From assembly GCA_951406725.2 (NCBI GenBank), contig OX597831.1:61318001-61382000 (forward strand): a stretch of DNA of 64,000 bases. Direction: 5' to 3'. This DNA is from Octopus vulgaris. Lineage: Eukaryota. The notes beneath the pieces were generated by a model, which was not told the DNA's origin, did not search any database, and worked only from the letters and a program-made list of their open reading frames with translations. How positions within the stretch are numbered: position 1 is the first letter of the stretch; every line of letters begins with the position of its first letter. Below are positions 1-14,043 of this stretch, in pieces. The position numbers and the translations under genes were made by a program.

Positions 1-361
1 CTAATACATACACCAACCCTATACATACACACATCCAGACCCCTCCCACGCACTTTTAGCTGGTCCCTCAACCCTTTCATCAACCCTATTATCTCCCCTT
101 ATTTCGCTCTCGCGTCTCATGTTTGATCTTTGACCTCTGGCCGAAATCAGATCGCCATGTTGATTCGTTAGCTACTGCACGCATTTTTTTTCTCTTCTTC
201 TTTCTGTGTTTTTCTCTCTCTGTGTATCTTTCTGTTGAAGAGCGTAGGCTCGAAACGTTAAAGACTTGTTTTATTTATATTTCCTGAGCGCCATACTAAT
301 ACAATTGTTCGTTTGTTTTCCACCTGCCTTCGTCTTTTGTTTATTTTCATAAAGCTTCCCG

Positions 362-362
<1 letters not shown>
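1..362 (+). mobile_element. Penelope-like (PLE) pseudo-LTR / 3' remnant ending at a (TA)n tract
   Basis: C/T-rich segment containing a hammerhead-like core at 227-264 and ending directly at (TA)n (363-392). Confidence 0.55.
227..264 (+). ncRNA. Minimal type I hammerhead ribozyme, probably inactive (A6>U)
   Basis: TCTTT-CTGTTGA-A-GAGC(GTAG)GCTC-GAAA-CG-TT-AAAGA: 5-bp stem I, 4-bp stem II, palindromic ACGT stem III; core reads CTGTTGA instead of CTGANGA. Confidence 0.6.
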
Positions 363-397
<35 letters not shown>

Positions 398-561
398 GGT
401 AAAAGAAAACAAAACCAAGGTAGGACGATCATCATCTCAGGTCATTTGGAATATTTAATCAAGTAAGGTGAATATATATTTTTACATGAGTGTATGCCTT
501 TGTGTACTGACAAAAGGTATTTGGTTTGTTTATTTGTTCCCCACTGCAAAGTAGCATTTCA

Positions 562-677
562 AAGGATGAAAGGCAAAGTCGACCTCAGTGGAATTTGAAC
601 CCAGAACGTAGCGGCAGAAGAAATACGCCTAAGCATTTCACCCGGCATGCTAACGTTTCTGCCAGCTTGCCACCTTA
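562..677 (-). mobile_element. SINE family C, 5' fragment
   Basis: Matches the head of the full copies at 30158-30396 and 58519-58759. Confidence 0.8.
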
Positions 678-1039
678 ATATTTTAGTTTCTTGCCAACCA
701 ATTTATGATGTTATGTAGTGATTTTACACTGGAAATAAATAGTTAAATTCAGCAATCAAAAGACGTGAGCTTTTTGAGTTTTGGAGGCTTTAAAACACTA
801 TATTCAGTTTATGGATCTCATGCAGGCTATTCCACATTACTACATAAGGAACATAGGGCTGGTTTCTTTAGCATATATTCTTCTCTGGACACCAGTCTAT
901 AACAAGATCACTTATTTTTTACCAGCTGAGTAGACTGCAGCCACATGATATAAAATGCTTTGCACAAGAACACAATGTATCACATGAGCCAAGAATCAAA
1001 ACCACAATCTTACAAGCCATGTGCCTCCATTTATGCACC

Positions 1040-1290
1040 TCATCATCATCATCATCATCATCATTTAACGTCCGCTTTCCATGGGTTGGATGATTTGACT
1101 GTAGTCTGGTGAACCAGATGGCTGCACCAGACTCCAATCTGATCTGGCAGAGTTTCTACAGCTGGATGCCCTTCCTAATGCCAACCACTCCAAGAGTGTA
1201 GTGGGTACTTTTATGTGCCACTGGCACGAGGGCCAGTCAGGCAGTACTGGCAGCAGCAACGCTCAAATGGTGTTTTTTATGTGCCACCTC
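1040..1290 (-). mobile_element. RTE 3' UTR-derived repeat (family B) with (GAT)n tail
   Basis: Reverse complement of the 3' end of the RTE copy at 5526-6250. Confidence 0.8.
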
Positions 1291-1359
1291 AGAATTGTTA
1301 AAAAATAAAATAAAATTCATAGCTGAAAGAACACATTCCACTTTCTTATATTTGATTAT

Positions 1360-1590
1360 GGGATAGAGAAGAAATAAGGTTGAGGTGGAGAAGGTGAGGT
1401 GTAGAGAGGGAGGTCAAGTAGAGGCCCAGAAAAGAGTTGGGGGAAATTAAATGGGAAGGAGTTGGGGTTAGTTGGTGTTAGACATGTGTGGTTGTGTATA
1501 AATGTGTATAAGTTTCGATATATTAATACCTGGTGAATGAGGAATATTAATCTCTCATTTAGCACTGATCTTTGAAAAGCTGACACCTAT
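1360..1590 (-). pseudogene. Possible Penelope-like GIY-YIG endonuclease C-terminal remnant plus C-rich downstream region
   Basis: Minus strand reads ERLIFL and, after a frameshift, SPGINI, resembling the E..LIF.L.T..P.G.N end of PLE ORFs; followed by C/T-rich sequence like 1-120. Confidence 0.3.
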
Positions 1591-2118
1591 ACTTAGGGTG
1601 AACCTGATCAGCCTGCTAATATATATTTGCATGCCTGCTAATTTATACTTGCGCTCATGAAGACAAGAAGATAAAACTCACTTTTTAAAGTTTAGATAGT
1701 CCCTAGGTGGAAGGAGTTCTTCAATATTATTAATTGTTTGATTGATTGATTGATTGAGTGAGTGAGTGAGTGAGTGATTGATTGATTGATTGATGGATGG
1801 ATGGATGGATGGATAAATGGATGGATGGATTTTCCTTCTGAACTTTTCCTATGGAATTTTCTTTCCTTTTTTTTTTCTTTTTTACTATCCACAAGCCAGA
1901 GGTGATGCTTCCTGACCTCTACTTGCAGAGAACCACTTCCATACTTTTCACATCAGCCCTTCTGATGAGATCCGGGATTAGGTTTTCCCCTAAATCTCAT
2001 ATGCTAAGCTGACTGGTAACCTCAGCTGAAATGGATCTGTAATTCTCTAATCTATAAGCATAAATATACATACTCCATTAATATATACAAATACTCTTCT
2101 TTCTGATTTATGGATTCT

Positions 2119-2147
2119 TGTGTGTGTGTGTGTGTGTGTGCGTCTGT

Positions 2148-2194
<47 letters not shown>

Positions 2195-2197
2195 TGT

Positions 2198-2228
<31 letters not shown>

Positions 2229-2283
2229 CGTCTGTGTGTATGTGTGTGTGTGTGAGTGTGTGTGCATGTGTGTGTGTGTGTGC

Positions 2284-2323
<40 letters not shown>

Positions 2324-2337
2324 ATGTGTGTGTGTGT
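2119..2337. repeat. (TG)n microsatellite
   Basis: Direct inspection. Confidence 0.95.
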
Positions 2338-3399
2338 ACAAACACCAGGTTATAATTTCAAACACAGAGCAATATGACATATTCTATTAATTCCAGCTTA
2401 GCAGAAGATGTGCTTAAATTACAGCCAATTTATCAAAATATTACAATTCAATGTGGAAATATCCAAACAAACATTATACAGGATTCAGTTTTCTCCTAAA
2501 ATCATACAATGAACTGCTTAAATGATTACAATCATTAATTCTATGATAAACTTAATAAGTGTCTAAGCTGCACTTAATATTTCTGATATACGAGATTCAA
2601 GGAATAAACCTTTACATTTAAATAATGCTGTACACAGAAAACTATGACAACAGATATTAATGAGAGAATATTGTTGTAAAATTCTTCCTATTAAAAGTTA
2701 TTTCTAGTATAGAGGTGTTCGATGTGGTTTATATTTCAATGTGCTACTGAATGTATGGTTAACATTGGATAATATCACCATCTCTAACTCCCCGTTGTGT
2801 AATTTCACTAAGTCAACTTAACTTCATCATACTATTTATTAAGGATGTTAATGTTCGTTTTCTGTTGACAAAATGTTCAAAGCAAAAAGTCCAATTTGAG
2901 AATCATATATCCAAAATTCTAATATGATTTCCATTACACTCAGTAATTCCAGGTAAATTATATAGAAAGTGTGACAGGAAGCTTCTATTGAAGATTTGAA
3001 TTTAAGTTTGGCACTTTATCTGTGATTCAGTTCAAGAAGTTTATATGAAATTTTGAGATAAAATGGGAATACAATGTAGTATATTTTCGTTTTTAAATTA
3101 TTACTAGAATGGCAGGTAGATTTTCAAATAATAGGTTTCCAAATAATCATTTCTTGATGCTTTCATGATAAAACAAAGCCAAAAACAATAGATCTATATT
3201 CAACAGCTCTTTACAAATCAGTAGAAAACTTTCTTATATAAAATAATTGTTTTTACTTAAAATGAAAAGATTTTCTGTTAATAAAAATTATGTGTGATAG
3301 TTGTAAAATTCATTGGCAATTTTATTTAATATTTTACTTCTTTTTTTTGCTCTTTACACAAAAGCTTTGAGCAATTGTTTTAAAAATGTATGGAAGAAA

Positions 3400-3704
3400 T
3401 ACAGACATACAGACAGACATAGCTATATACCGGTATATATATATATATACAGACAGAGAGAGAGATACATATATATACACACATACATACATGCATACAC
3501 ACATATATATATATATATATGTATACACATACATATATATGTGCGTGTGTGTATGTATGTATACATACATATATACATATATATACATATATATACGCAG
3601 AAATACATACACATACATGTACAGATATATAAATGCATATATGCACAAATACATATATATGTATGTACATATATCTATACATGCTTATATATATGTATGT
3701 GTAT

Positions 3705-3759
<55 letters not shown>

Positions 3760-3822
3760 AGCATGAACCATATATATATATGTACATATACAACACATAC
3801 AAGTGTATTTGTGTATATGTAC
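3400..3822. repeat. Compound (TA)n/(CATA)n microsatellite
   Basis: Direct inspection. Confidence 0.9.
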
Positions 3823-4188
3823 ATTACATTTAAATAAATAATTCTTATAACATGCATTAGCTTAAAATATATTTTATAAGTTATGGCTTTTGATTTAATG
3901 TTTTTAAAATGTAACTGAATTGTTGTTGATCATTTCCTTTTCACACTTTTAGATCCATGTCAGTCATCTTCTTAACATTTATCAAATAAAACAATAAATT
4001 TCATCGCTATTAAAGGAAAGAAATTTCTTATCAATTTTATTCTATTCAAATGACAAATAATTCTGTCACTTTTCAAATGGATGTAAATAAAAGACAAAAA
4101 AAATTTTCTTAAAAAAAAAAAAAAAAACAGAAAAGGAAAATTTAACATTTTCAACAATGACAGATTCAAGAAAGGAAGTTTTAGTATA

Positions 4189-4376
4189 TCATCATCATCA
4201 TCATCATCGCCGTCGTCGTCGTCATTGTCATCATCATCAGCATCATTGTCATCATTGTCATTATTATCATCATCATCATCATCATCATCATCAGCGTCGT
4301 CATTGTCATCATCGTCATCATCGTCATCATCATCATCATCATCATCATCATAATCATCGCCGTTGTCGTCATCATT
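4189..4376. repeat. Imperfect (CAT)n microsatellite
   Basis: Direct inspection. Confidence 0.95.
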
Positions 4377-4768
4377 ATATATTCATTTATTTTATTTTTT
4401 TTTTATATATATATTCTGAATCACTATGTAATTGCCATTTCCACTAGTTTTATTTCTCTGTTTGATATTTCTGTATATAGTTACTCTTTAATGTTCATAT
4501 TTACATAAATGTATTTATCAAATGGATTTATTATTATTTATTTTTTTTTATCTTTGTAGTATCTTATTTTTTTGTTACGTTCTACGCTGTCTATTTGCAT
4601 GTTTCTCTCTGGCATCAAAAATAGGTTTAATATCATTTTCTTCCTTTTCATTAAGCTATTTCAGTAAGTCACTTTCATCTAAATTCGATTCTATTGTGTC
4701 TTCAGCATGAGGTATTTTTGGTATGTCTGTTTTTTAATTTTTATGTGTGTGTTTTTTTTCTTTCTTAG

Positions 4769-4823
4769 ATCTGGTGAAGCACATCTTCCCCGACCATTTT
4801 TACCAGAATATCATGACATAAAA
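4769..4823 (+). CDS. Candidate 55-nt internal coding exon of an unidentified host gene (xSGEAHLPRPFLPEYHDIK)
   Basis: Strong acceptor TTTTTTTTCTTTCTTAG|, donor |GTTAGT, open frame from phase 2 to phase 0, in unique sequence. Confidence 0.4.
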
Positions 4824-5525
4824 GTTAGTTCACATTAGTTAATATATTTAATTCAAGCCAAACTCTGCCGAACCAAATTCTATAAATTCAAGGTTGGAGA
4901 CAATGGCAATACAATTCGATGTATACTCCATTTATTTTGTAGTTCAGGAAAAGAAAATCAATATTTTATCAATCAATACATTTGCTGTAACCTCTATCAA
5001 ATATTTCAAACGTTGCTAGAGGAGATTTCATTTGCTCAAACATGATTTAAATAAGGCACACTGTGCAAACAGATAGCAAATATAACTGTATTGAAGGAAT
5101 AATAGAACGCATCGATACTGTGAAAGAGTTTCTCGTGATGCCTTAGGTGATGAGAAGCCTCAGAAGAAAGGAATGTATAATCCTTAGGAGAAGTATGTCC
5201 AGGAACTATAATATACTTTTATATATACGTATATCTTTTACAGACTAGAAAGTAAAATTCTAATGCAGTATAACTGTGAAAAAAGCAGAGAAAGATTGGG
5301 CATTTACACTCAGAAGATGGGAAAATGTTACCAACAAACAGCCTAGCCACTTACTGGTGACTTTTGTCTGTCTTCTAAAGATTCTCAATCTTTCTCTGCT
5401 GTTTGTGCAGTTATACTGCATTTGAAATTTACTATCTTGTATGTAAAATACCAGCACTTCGGTACTTCCAAAGATTGTTTAATATATATATATATATATA
5501 TGTGTGTGTGAGTATGTGTGTGTGG

Positions 5526-6250
5526 CGAGAATGGATTAGGATAGCTGTGTGAAAAAGTGCCACACCCTAGCAGTTGAGGAAACCTGTCGAAGAGGTAAAC
5601 CCAGGAAGACCTGGGATGAAGTGGGGAAACACGACCTTTGAACATTGGGCCTCACCGAGGCAATGACTAGTGACCGAGACTTTTGGAAATATGCTGTGGT
5701 TAAGAAGACCCGGCAAGCCGAGTGAGATTATAACCTATGCCAGGGGTGTAACCAGCCAACTTGAGGCAAGTGAAATCGAAATTGATATCAAATTTGATGA
5801 CTTTCATCCGTACAAGTGGAGCACTAAGAGCATCATCCGAGCATGATTGTTGCCAGAGCAGCTAACTGGCTTCTGTGCCAGTGGCAAGTAAGAAGCACCA
5901 TTCGAGTGTGATCATTACCAGCATTACCTTACTGGTACTTGTGCCGGTGGCACGTGAAAAAACATTCGAGTGAGGTCATTGCCAGTGCTGCTGGACAGGC
6001 TCCTGTGCAGGTGACACGTAAAAAACACCATTTGAGCATGGCCATGGCCAGTATTGCCAGACTGGCCCTCGTGCACGTAAAAGCACCTAATATACTCTCG
6101 AAGTGGTTGGCATTAGGAAGGACATCCATCTGTAGAAACTCTGCCAGGTCAGATTGGAGCCTGGTGCAACCATCTGGTTTGCCAGTTCTCAGTCAAATCG
6201 TCCAACCCATGCTAGCATGGAAAGCGGACGTTAAACGATGATGATGATGA
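5526..6250 (+). mobile_element. RTE-clade LINE 3' end: ORF C-terminus, tandem-unit 3' UTR and (GAT)n tail
   Basis: Degenerate DSCVKKCHTLAVEETCRRGKPRKTWDEV (RTE GR.R.TW motif) runs into the family B sequence, showing that family B is this LINE's 3' UTR. Confidence 0.8.
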
Positions 6251-6414
6251 TATATACACGCACGTGCACACGTGCACATACACCTCATAGACATACACAC
6301 ACCCACACACACTCAGACAAATATACATATGTATATACACACAGATATATATACATATATACATTTATATATATGTTATATGTATGTGTGTATATATATA
6401 TAATCTTCTATATG

Positions 6415-6802
6415 TATGTGTGGTAAGAATCTTGCTTCATCACCACATGGTTCCAAGTTCGACCTCATTGCCCAGCACCTTGGACAAATGTCCTCTATTA
6501 TAGCCTCAGACCAACAAAAGCCTTGTGGATAGATCTGGTAGACAGAAATTGAAAGAAGCCCATCGTATACATCTATCTATGGGTGTGTATCTTTGCGTCT
6601 GTGTTTGTCCCCCAGCACTGGTTTGACAACTGGGTTTGGTGTGTTTACATCTCCGTAGCTTAACAGTTGGATAAAAGAGATCGATAGAATTTGAACCAGA
6701 CTTTAAAAAAATATGCACTGGGGTTGAATCAATAGACTAAAAATCCTTGAAGGCAGTGCCCTGCCTGTCTACAGTTTAATGACTGAAACAAGTAAAATAT
6801 AA
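6415..6802 (+). mobile_element. SINE family A (tRNA-like head, CORE-like centre, internal microsatellite)
   Basis: Diverged copy of the element at 30605-31025. Confidence 0.8.
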
Positions 6803-6811
6803 AGGATCTAT

Positions 6812-6990
6812 ATAGGTACAGGAATGACTGTGAGGCAAGTAGCTTGCTTACCAATCACATGGTTCAAGGTTCACTCTCACTGCATGGCACCTTGGGCAAG
6901 TGTCCAAGTGTCTTCTACTATAGCCTCAGGCCAACCAAAGCTTGTGAGTGGATGTGGTAGATGGAAACGGAAAGAAGCCATTTGTATGTG

Positions 6991-7031
<41 letters not shown>

Positions 7032-7270
7032 AAGTGTGTGTATATATTTGTGTGTGTATATGTTTGTGTGTTTGTGTTTATCCCTGCAACATCACTTGAC
7101 AACTGATGCTGACGTGTTTGCATCGGTGTAACTTAGTGGTTCAACAAAAGAGACCAATAGATTAAGTACTAGGCTTACAAAGAATAAGTCCTGGAGTTTA
7201 TTTGCTCGACTAAAGGCAGTGCTCCAGCATGGCTGCAATCAAATGACTGAAATACGTAAAAAATATGAAA
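6812..7270 (+). mobile_element. SINE family A
   Basis: Second copy, in tandem with 6415-6802. Confidence 0.85.
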
Positions 7271-7389
7271 GAAGAACAGCACTCAGAGAGCACAAACCTC
7301 TGCCAAGACAACACCAGCATCCTCTCAACGATTAGCCAGAGACGATTTTTCAAATGGGAATATCCTTAATAAACTCAACTGCTCTCACA

Positions 7390-7582
7390 GGCATGCAAAA
7401 AGCACCCACTACACTCTCGGAGTGGTTGGCATTAGGAAAGGCATCCAGCTTTAGAAACATTGCCAGATTAGACTGGGGCATGGTGCAGCCGCTGCCTCTC
7501 CATGCCTCAGTCAAACCGTCCAACCCATGCCAGCATGGAAAACGGATGTTAAGCGGTGATGATGATGATGATGATGATGATG

Positions 7583-7585
<3 letters not shown>
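7390..7585 (+). mobile_element. Family B (RTE 3' end)
   Basis: GCACCCACTACACTCTCGGAGTGG...(GAT)n. Confidence 0.8.
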
Positions 7586-7622
<37 letters not shown>

Positions 7623-8169
7623 ATATTCTTTTCTATGCAGAAAAGCTGCAAATTAATGTTTACTCCACAAAGAATACATCAGAGCAGCTGGTGAAAAACT
7701 TTGTAGCTAAAATTAAAATTATTGACTACTATGAAACATTTTCATAAGCTAGAATTCCCTGGAAACATTTATTACTCTGTATGTAAACTCAACGAACTTT
7801 CTTCTATATTCTCTCAGCTTCCTAATTTACTAACATTATTGGAAGACCAAAAAAATTTTCTGTGTATTTCTTCTAGACTTTAATTATTTCCATCTTTAAT
7901 GAAGTGTCTCACTTCATAAAATATCTAATTCATAATCATAGGTCATATTATGGTGATGATTTCTAAAAAGAATAAAATAGTGCTTGGCATTATTATCGAT
8001 GTCTACAAATTCCAAGAACTTTGTATTGAGTAAACAAAATCAAGAAAGTTAATATGTTAATTCCTTATAATTACATACTTTAAGTCTCAGAATTTTAATC
8101 TTGTGTCATGCTACAGGGAAATGATTATCTTCCATGTAATTGCTGTAACTCTCAATGGGACCACATGTA

Positions 8170-8178
8170 TATCTATCA

Positions 8179-8233
<55 letters not shown>

Positions 8234-8234
8234 A

Positions 8235-8282
<48 letters not shown>

Positions 8283-8448
8283 GTCAATCTATCTGCCTAT
8301 CTATCTGTTTATCTATCTATCTAGCTATCTGTCTAACTGTCTATCTATATATCTATTTATCTATCTAGCTATCTGTCTATCTGCCTATCTATTTATCTAT
8401 CTATCTATTTATCTATCTATGTAGCTATCTGTCTATCTGTCTGTCTAT

Positions 8449-8514
<66 letters not shown>

Positions 8515-8720
8515 GTCTATCAATCTATCTATCTATCTATCTATCTATCTGTCAATCTATCTGCCTATCTATCTGTTTATCTATCTATCTAGCTATCTGT
8601 CTAACTGTCTATCTATATATCTATTTATCTATCTAGCTATCGGTCTATCTGCCTATCTATTTATCTATCTATCTATTTATTTATCTATCTATGTAGCTAT
8701 CTGTCTATCTGTCTGTCTAT

Positions 8721-8762
<42 letters not shown>

Positions 8763-8764
8763 GT
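8170..8764. repeat. (TATC)n microsatellite with an internal ~270-bp duplication
   Basis: The variant string CTGTCAATCTATCTGCCTATCTATCTGTTT... occurs at ~8281 and ~8548. Confidence 0.9.
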
Positions 8765-9514
8765 CAGCCTGTGTGTATGCATATGTCTGAGTTTCAGTGT
8801 TTGTGTTATTGTGTGTGTGTGTGTGTGTTTAAATGTGAGCAAGACCGCAGTATATCGTTTCACAGCTAAAATATACTACCAAGTATATTACAGATTTACA
8901 AGTCAATATTGTGCCTTATCATGTGTTTACTGTGCAATATTTTCTACTTTTAAGTTTATCTCTATAGATTGTCTATAGAATTCACTGCCGGCACTGAAAG
9001 TTATGACATTTCATAAACAAATATGTCTGTGGAAATAATGTGTGTCGCATCCAACAATAATGAAGTCTGGATGAAAAAAAATTTAAGTAAAAATAGAGTA
9101 TGCATAGAAATACATACGTATGTGTGTCTTAGTGTGTGTATGAAATTAATACAGCCACACTTATATATACTGGATATAACATAGTCTATGTGTATGAATA
9201 CTGAAAGAAATATAAGTATGAGGCTCGGGACTTATATATCTGAAAGTATCATATGATAAAAGCACATCCATCAGTGATGATAGACGTTTTATATTCATAG
9301 ATGTCGATTTATATTGAATTTGTGTAATGCATTTTAAATAAAGGGAACACAATGCAATAAAACAACATAAATAAGGATAATGTCGACCAATGAGAAACAG
9401 AAAGCACTTCATATAGAAAATAGAGTGTTATATTATATATTAAAACCGAAAGCTTCCTAGGTTGTTATAGAAGTTGAAAGATGTATGCATCCATGTGGCA
9501 GATGCACAGGGACA

Positions 9515-9872
9515 ATAAAAACTGAAGATGTACAGAAAACAGATTCCATCACATACCAGGTGAGAAACTAGAAGTAGTTAATAGCTTCTGTCTACCTAGA
9601 CGACCAAGTCTGTAGTAGGGGTGGTTGGTCTGAGAGTGTAGTGACTAGAGTAAGAATTGCCTGGAAAAAGTTCTGGGAGCTCCTACTTCTGTAGACAACG
9701 AAGGGCCTGTCGCTCAGGATGAAAAGTAGACTGTATAATGTATGTGTGCAAACTGCCATGCTACATGGCAGGGAAACATGGGCCATGACTGCTGAAGGTA
9801 TTGCGGAGGCTTGAAAGAAATGAAGCTAGTATAATAATAATAATAATAATAATAATGATAATAATAATGATG

Positions 9873-9963
<91 letters not shown>

Positions 9964-10715
9964 GGAAATTATTGTATACAGTGCTCAGGTGCACCCCAAC
10001 TTGTCAAAAAGTGCGTATAAAGTATATGCAGTAATGTACAAATGTCTGAAAAGCGAACAGCGTATGAGTCAGAGACATGCTTGCATATGTATGGAGGGGA
10101 GAAAATTAGGTGTAGTGTTGGCGAATCTCAGGAAGCATGGAAGTTTTGAAGGATGCAGTGCTCAGACAACTGATGCCAGCAGTCTGTTCCATGCTTCAGC
10201 AAGTCTTAGCATGGGAAAATGTTTCCGAAAGTCGTGGGAGCTGTGCTGTTTTCTGACTTTGTAAACATGTCCATGGGTGTTAGACAGGTGGAGTTTGTAA
10301 AGGTGCTCAGAGTTATTGTTAGTAAGATGGTTAATAGTTTTATGGGTGTCTACCAAGTCAGCTGCCAGACGTCGGAGTTTCAATGTATCCATGCCCAGGG
10401 AAGTAAGGCATTCAGAATATGGCAGATACCTGATGGAGGTTATTCTCTTGAATATGATCCACCGGATGTGTAATGTCAGTGTGCATACATGACAGAGTGT
10501 AAACACCCTGAGAGAAAAGTTGGTCATAAGAAGCATCAAATGTAGTGTGTGAGTTAGACGATTGCACTAGTATCATCTTGTGTTACATATGGCTGAGGAC
10601 AGCTGTGTGAGGAAGAGCCACTCCCTAACTGTGGAAGAAACCTGTGGAAGAGGTAGACCCAGGAAGACATGGGATGAGGTGGTGAAGCATGACCTTTGAA
10701 CATTGAGTCTCACAA
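9515..10715 (+). mobile_element. RTE LINE ORF 3' fragment interrupted by a CR1 insertion
   Basis: RVRIAWKKFWELL...KGLSLRMKSRLYNVCVQTAMLHGRETWAMT...RRLERNEAS (to 9830), resuming at ~10452 with ...TCGRGRPRKTWDEVVKHDL. Confidence 0.8.
9831..10452 (-). mobile_element. CR1-like LINE 3' end with a long (ATT)n tail
   Basis: Minus-strand LGMDTLKLRRLAADL...HGHVYKV...RKHFP.LR.AEAWNRL, a typical CR1 ORF2 end; tail at 9831-9962. Confidence 0.85.
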
Positions 10716-10844
10716 AACCAAACTGGTTTTGAATGAATACGCATTTATTTATTGGGAGAAGGTTGATTTACTTAATAATGTGGGATGCAGTGTGTATATA
10801 TATATACATATACATAAAGGTGTATTGTTTAGCTAGTTTTGATC

Positions 10845-10940
10845 AAATTGTTATTTCGGTTCTATATTAACAAAAACTGTTCGACGAATGGGAACGTTAA
10901 ACTCCGAGTAACAGCTTTCGTTATATTTCTGCTGCTTTTA
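10845..10940 (+). ncRNA. Degenerate hammerhead-bearing short element (same family as 18590-18690)
   Basis: CTGT-TCGACGA-ATGGGAACGT-TAAA-CTCCGAG-TA-ACAG: stems I and III retained, core mutated; flanks align with 18590-18690. Confidence 0.55.
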
Positions 10941-10947
10941 TATATAT

Positions 10948-11297
10948 CGTGTGATCGTTGTGATCATTGCCAGAGCAGCCAACTGGCGTCCGTACCCATG
11001 GCACGTAAAAGGGCACCATTCGAGCGTAATCGTTACGCTTCACTGGCACCTGTGTCGGTGGCACGTGTAAAAAGATTCGAGCGAGATCATTGCCAGTACT
11101 GCCTGACTGGCCCCTATGCAGGTGGCACATAGAAAGCACCCACTACACTCTCGGAGTGGTTGGTGTTAGGAAGGGCATCCAGCTGTAGGAACTCTACCAG
11201 ATCAAGACTGGTGCCATCTGGTTGCCAGCCCTCAGTCAAAACCGTTCAACTCATGCTAGCATGGAAGACAGACGTTAAACGATGATGATCATGATGA

Positions 11298-11300
<3 letters not shown>
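10948..11300 (+). mobile_element. Family B (RTE 3' UTR)
   Basis: Three tandem GTGC-N-GGTGGCAC-type units, conserved 3' end and (GAT)n tail. Confidence 0.85.
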
Positions 11301-11347
<47 letters not shown>

Positions 11348-12067
11348 CTTTATCAACATCATTCTATTCTTTTTCAACTGTTGTTATTTCCCTTTTTCTT
11401 TTTTTCTTTTCCCTCTTTACTATCCACAACTTTCTTGCATGCTTCCTTACCTAAAATCTGTTTTTTTCTTTTGTATTTTTTTTTTTGATGCAGTGGATTT
11501 ATTCATCTCTTTTATTAAATGTAGCTTTCTTTTGAGATTCAGTGAACATTTAAAGAGAGATGTATCAGAGATTTAACTCATTTATATACTATAATGTTTA
11601 TATATTCCCTTCTAACTATACACAAGCTCATATATGTAAGTAAAGAAGCTTTGGTATTGTTACAATGTTTTCTCCTATTTGCTTCTGTTTTTTTTTGTGT
11701 GTGTGTGTGTGTGTATGTGTGTGTGTTGCTCACAGAAATTTGCTTCTGGGCAAGTTTTATCTTTCTTTGCAATGTATACATGCATCCATGCAAGTAACCA
11801 TCTTCTGCAGAACAAAAATTGATTTCATCTTCAAAACTTTATATGCACGAAATATTTTGTTTTTTGTGTGTGCACTAGTTGCAAAATGATTGTATGCACA
11901 CAAGTGCATAGCATAAAGGAAACTTTGTATGAGTATTTCCTTAAGAAACCTGCTTCAAAACTATGTGCTTCTGAGTTTAGTCTTGCTGCATCAAACCTTT
12001 AACAAATGACTTCAGTTATAGTCCCGAGTCCTTTGAATGAATTTGGTAGTTAGACCTTGTGCTGAAG

Positions 12068-12153
<86 letters not shown>

Positions 12154-12603
12154 TATACATACATATATATATACATATATATATCGTGTGATCGTTGTGA
12201 TCATTACCAGAGCAGCCAACTGGCTTCCATACCCATGGCACGTAAAGCGAATTCGAGCGTGATCGTTACCAATGTCACTTCACTAGCAACATCTGATGGA
12301 CTGGTTGGTCAAGTGATCACGTGATATATATATATATATATACACACACACATATATATATGTGTGTGTGTGTATGTATATATATATATATATGTGTGTG
12401 TGTGCGTGTATGCGTATAATATATATATATATATATGCATATATATTATCATCATCGTCATCATCATCATCATCATTTAACATCTGCCTTCCATGCTGGT
12501 ATGGGTTGGATGGTTTGACAGGAGTCGGCCAGGCAGGAGCCTGCACCAGACTTCTGTACCTGTTTTGGCAGGGTTTTCTTAACATCAACCACCCAACAGA
12601 GTT

Positions 12604-12644
<41 letters not shown>

Positions 12645-12779
12645 TCTGCACCAGCATCGTCTTTTAATGTCCATTTTCCATGCCAGTAAGGGTGTTGCAT
12701 AGTTAGACCAGAGCTGGCAAGTTGGAGAGTTGTGCCAGGTTTCAGTCTGATTTTTAAACTTGACATTCCATTTTAATGA

Positions 12780-12953
12780 TCTGAAAATAAACAAAAATTA
12801 ACTAAAATTAACTAGAAAAAAAAAGAACAAAATATACTCCAAAATGATTCAGAAATAGAATTCTCAAAATAAAAAAATAGATTCCAAAATTTAAAAACGC
12901 AATTAATTCCAAAATTTAAAAAAACGGTAGGAACTTTGTTGCCAACCCAATAT
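12780..12953 (-). mobile_element. Tc1/mariner transposon end (single terminal inverted repeat)
   Basis: Minus strand TA-TATTGGGTTGGCAACAAAGTTCC resembles mariner TIRs; partner TIR not found. Confidence 0.5.
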
Positions 12954-12957
12954 ATAT

Positions 12958-13110
12958 GATGGGTTTCTTTTAGTTTCTGTCTGCAAAATCCACTCACAAT
13001 GCTTTGGTCTATCCGATGCTTGCTAGAAGACACTTATCCAAGGTGCTATACAGTGGGACTGAACGCAGGACCATATGGTTAGGAAGTAAGCCTCTTACCA
13101 CACAGCCACA
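12958..13110 (-). mobile_element. SINE family A, 5' half
   Basis: Matches the family A head up to the internal microsatellite. Confidence 0.75.
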
Positions 13111-14043
13111 TACACCATGTAATTGAATATTTATGTATGTATGTATATATGTATGTATGTTTAGGTGTGTAGGTGAACAAATTCTTCTTGATTTAATAGC
13201 ATCTCTTAATGACTACGAAGCAAATATGATGTGACCCAAGGGCAGCCAAAACGATGTTTATGAAAAGACAAATCTCAGTGTGCTGACAGCTTGGTATCCT
13301 ACTGTGATAACAGGCTGATCACACACAAATAATTTCCTTTGAAGTAGAAGACTTACAGACACCAAGTGATAAGGAATTTTTCCACTCTATATATTTATGA
13401 CATTATAATAGTAGGGCGTTCATCTATCTTAATTAAATTCTAGACATGTCTATGTTAAAGAATGGTTTGTTTATTTTACATTCTACGTTTTTGATTTTCT
13501 ATTTCCAATAATTTATTTTGGTCAGTTTATTTATTTTATAATTCATACTTTTGCTTTTTCTTCCTATTATCATTATTATTTTTTTTTATCATTTGTATCC
13601 TTTTGTATTTCCTTGTCGCTTTTTATCATTGAAATGCTAAAAATAGAATACAGGTATAAAACAATAGGAAATTACAAATGACTTGGCAGTGCTCTTGAGC
13701 CTACTCACCTGAAGAATTGCAGGTACACAGATATTTTTGGATCATATAAATGCAAAAATGTGTATTCTACTGATACTAATGAACAGAAACAATTGTTGCA
13801 ATTTTGGTTAAAGCCTGTTCATTCAGTCTTCTGGATTTCCATTCTATATCCAGTAAAAGAAGAATTCTTGCTGTATGATAGCATATGGCAGTTGAAACCC
13901 ATGGACAAGATTTATAAAACATGCAATGCAATAATAAAAAAGCCATGTATTTCCCAGATGATATCAAATATATATATAAATATATGTGTGTGTGTGTATG
14001 TATATATATATGCATATATTAGTGTATATATATATATATAAAT

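Noticed and set aside
1962-2041. CTGATGA...GAAATGGATCTGTA hammerhead-like boxes
   Set aside because: Stem III is quasi-palindromic, but no stem I or closing stem II can be drawn; at best a heavily decayed copy.
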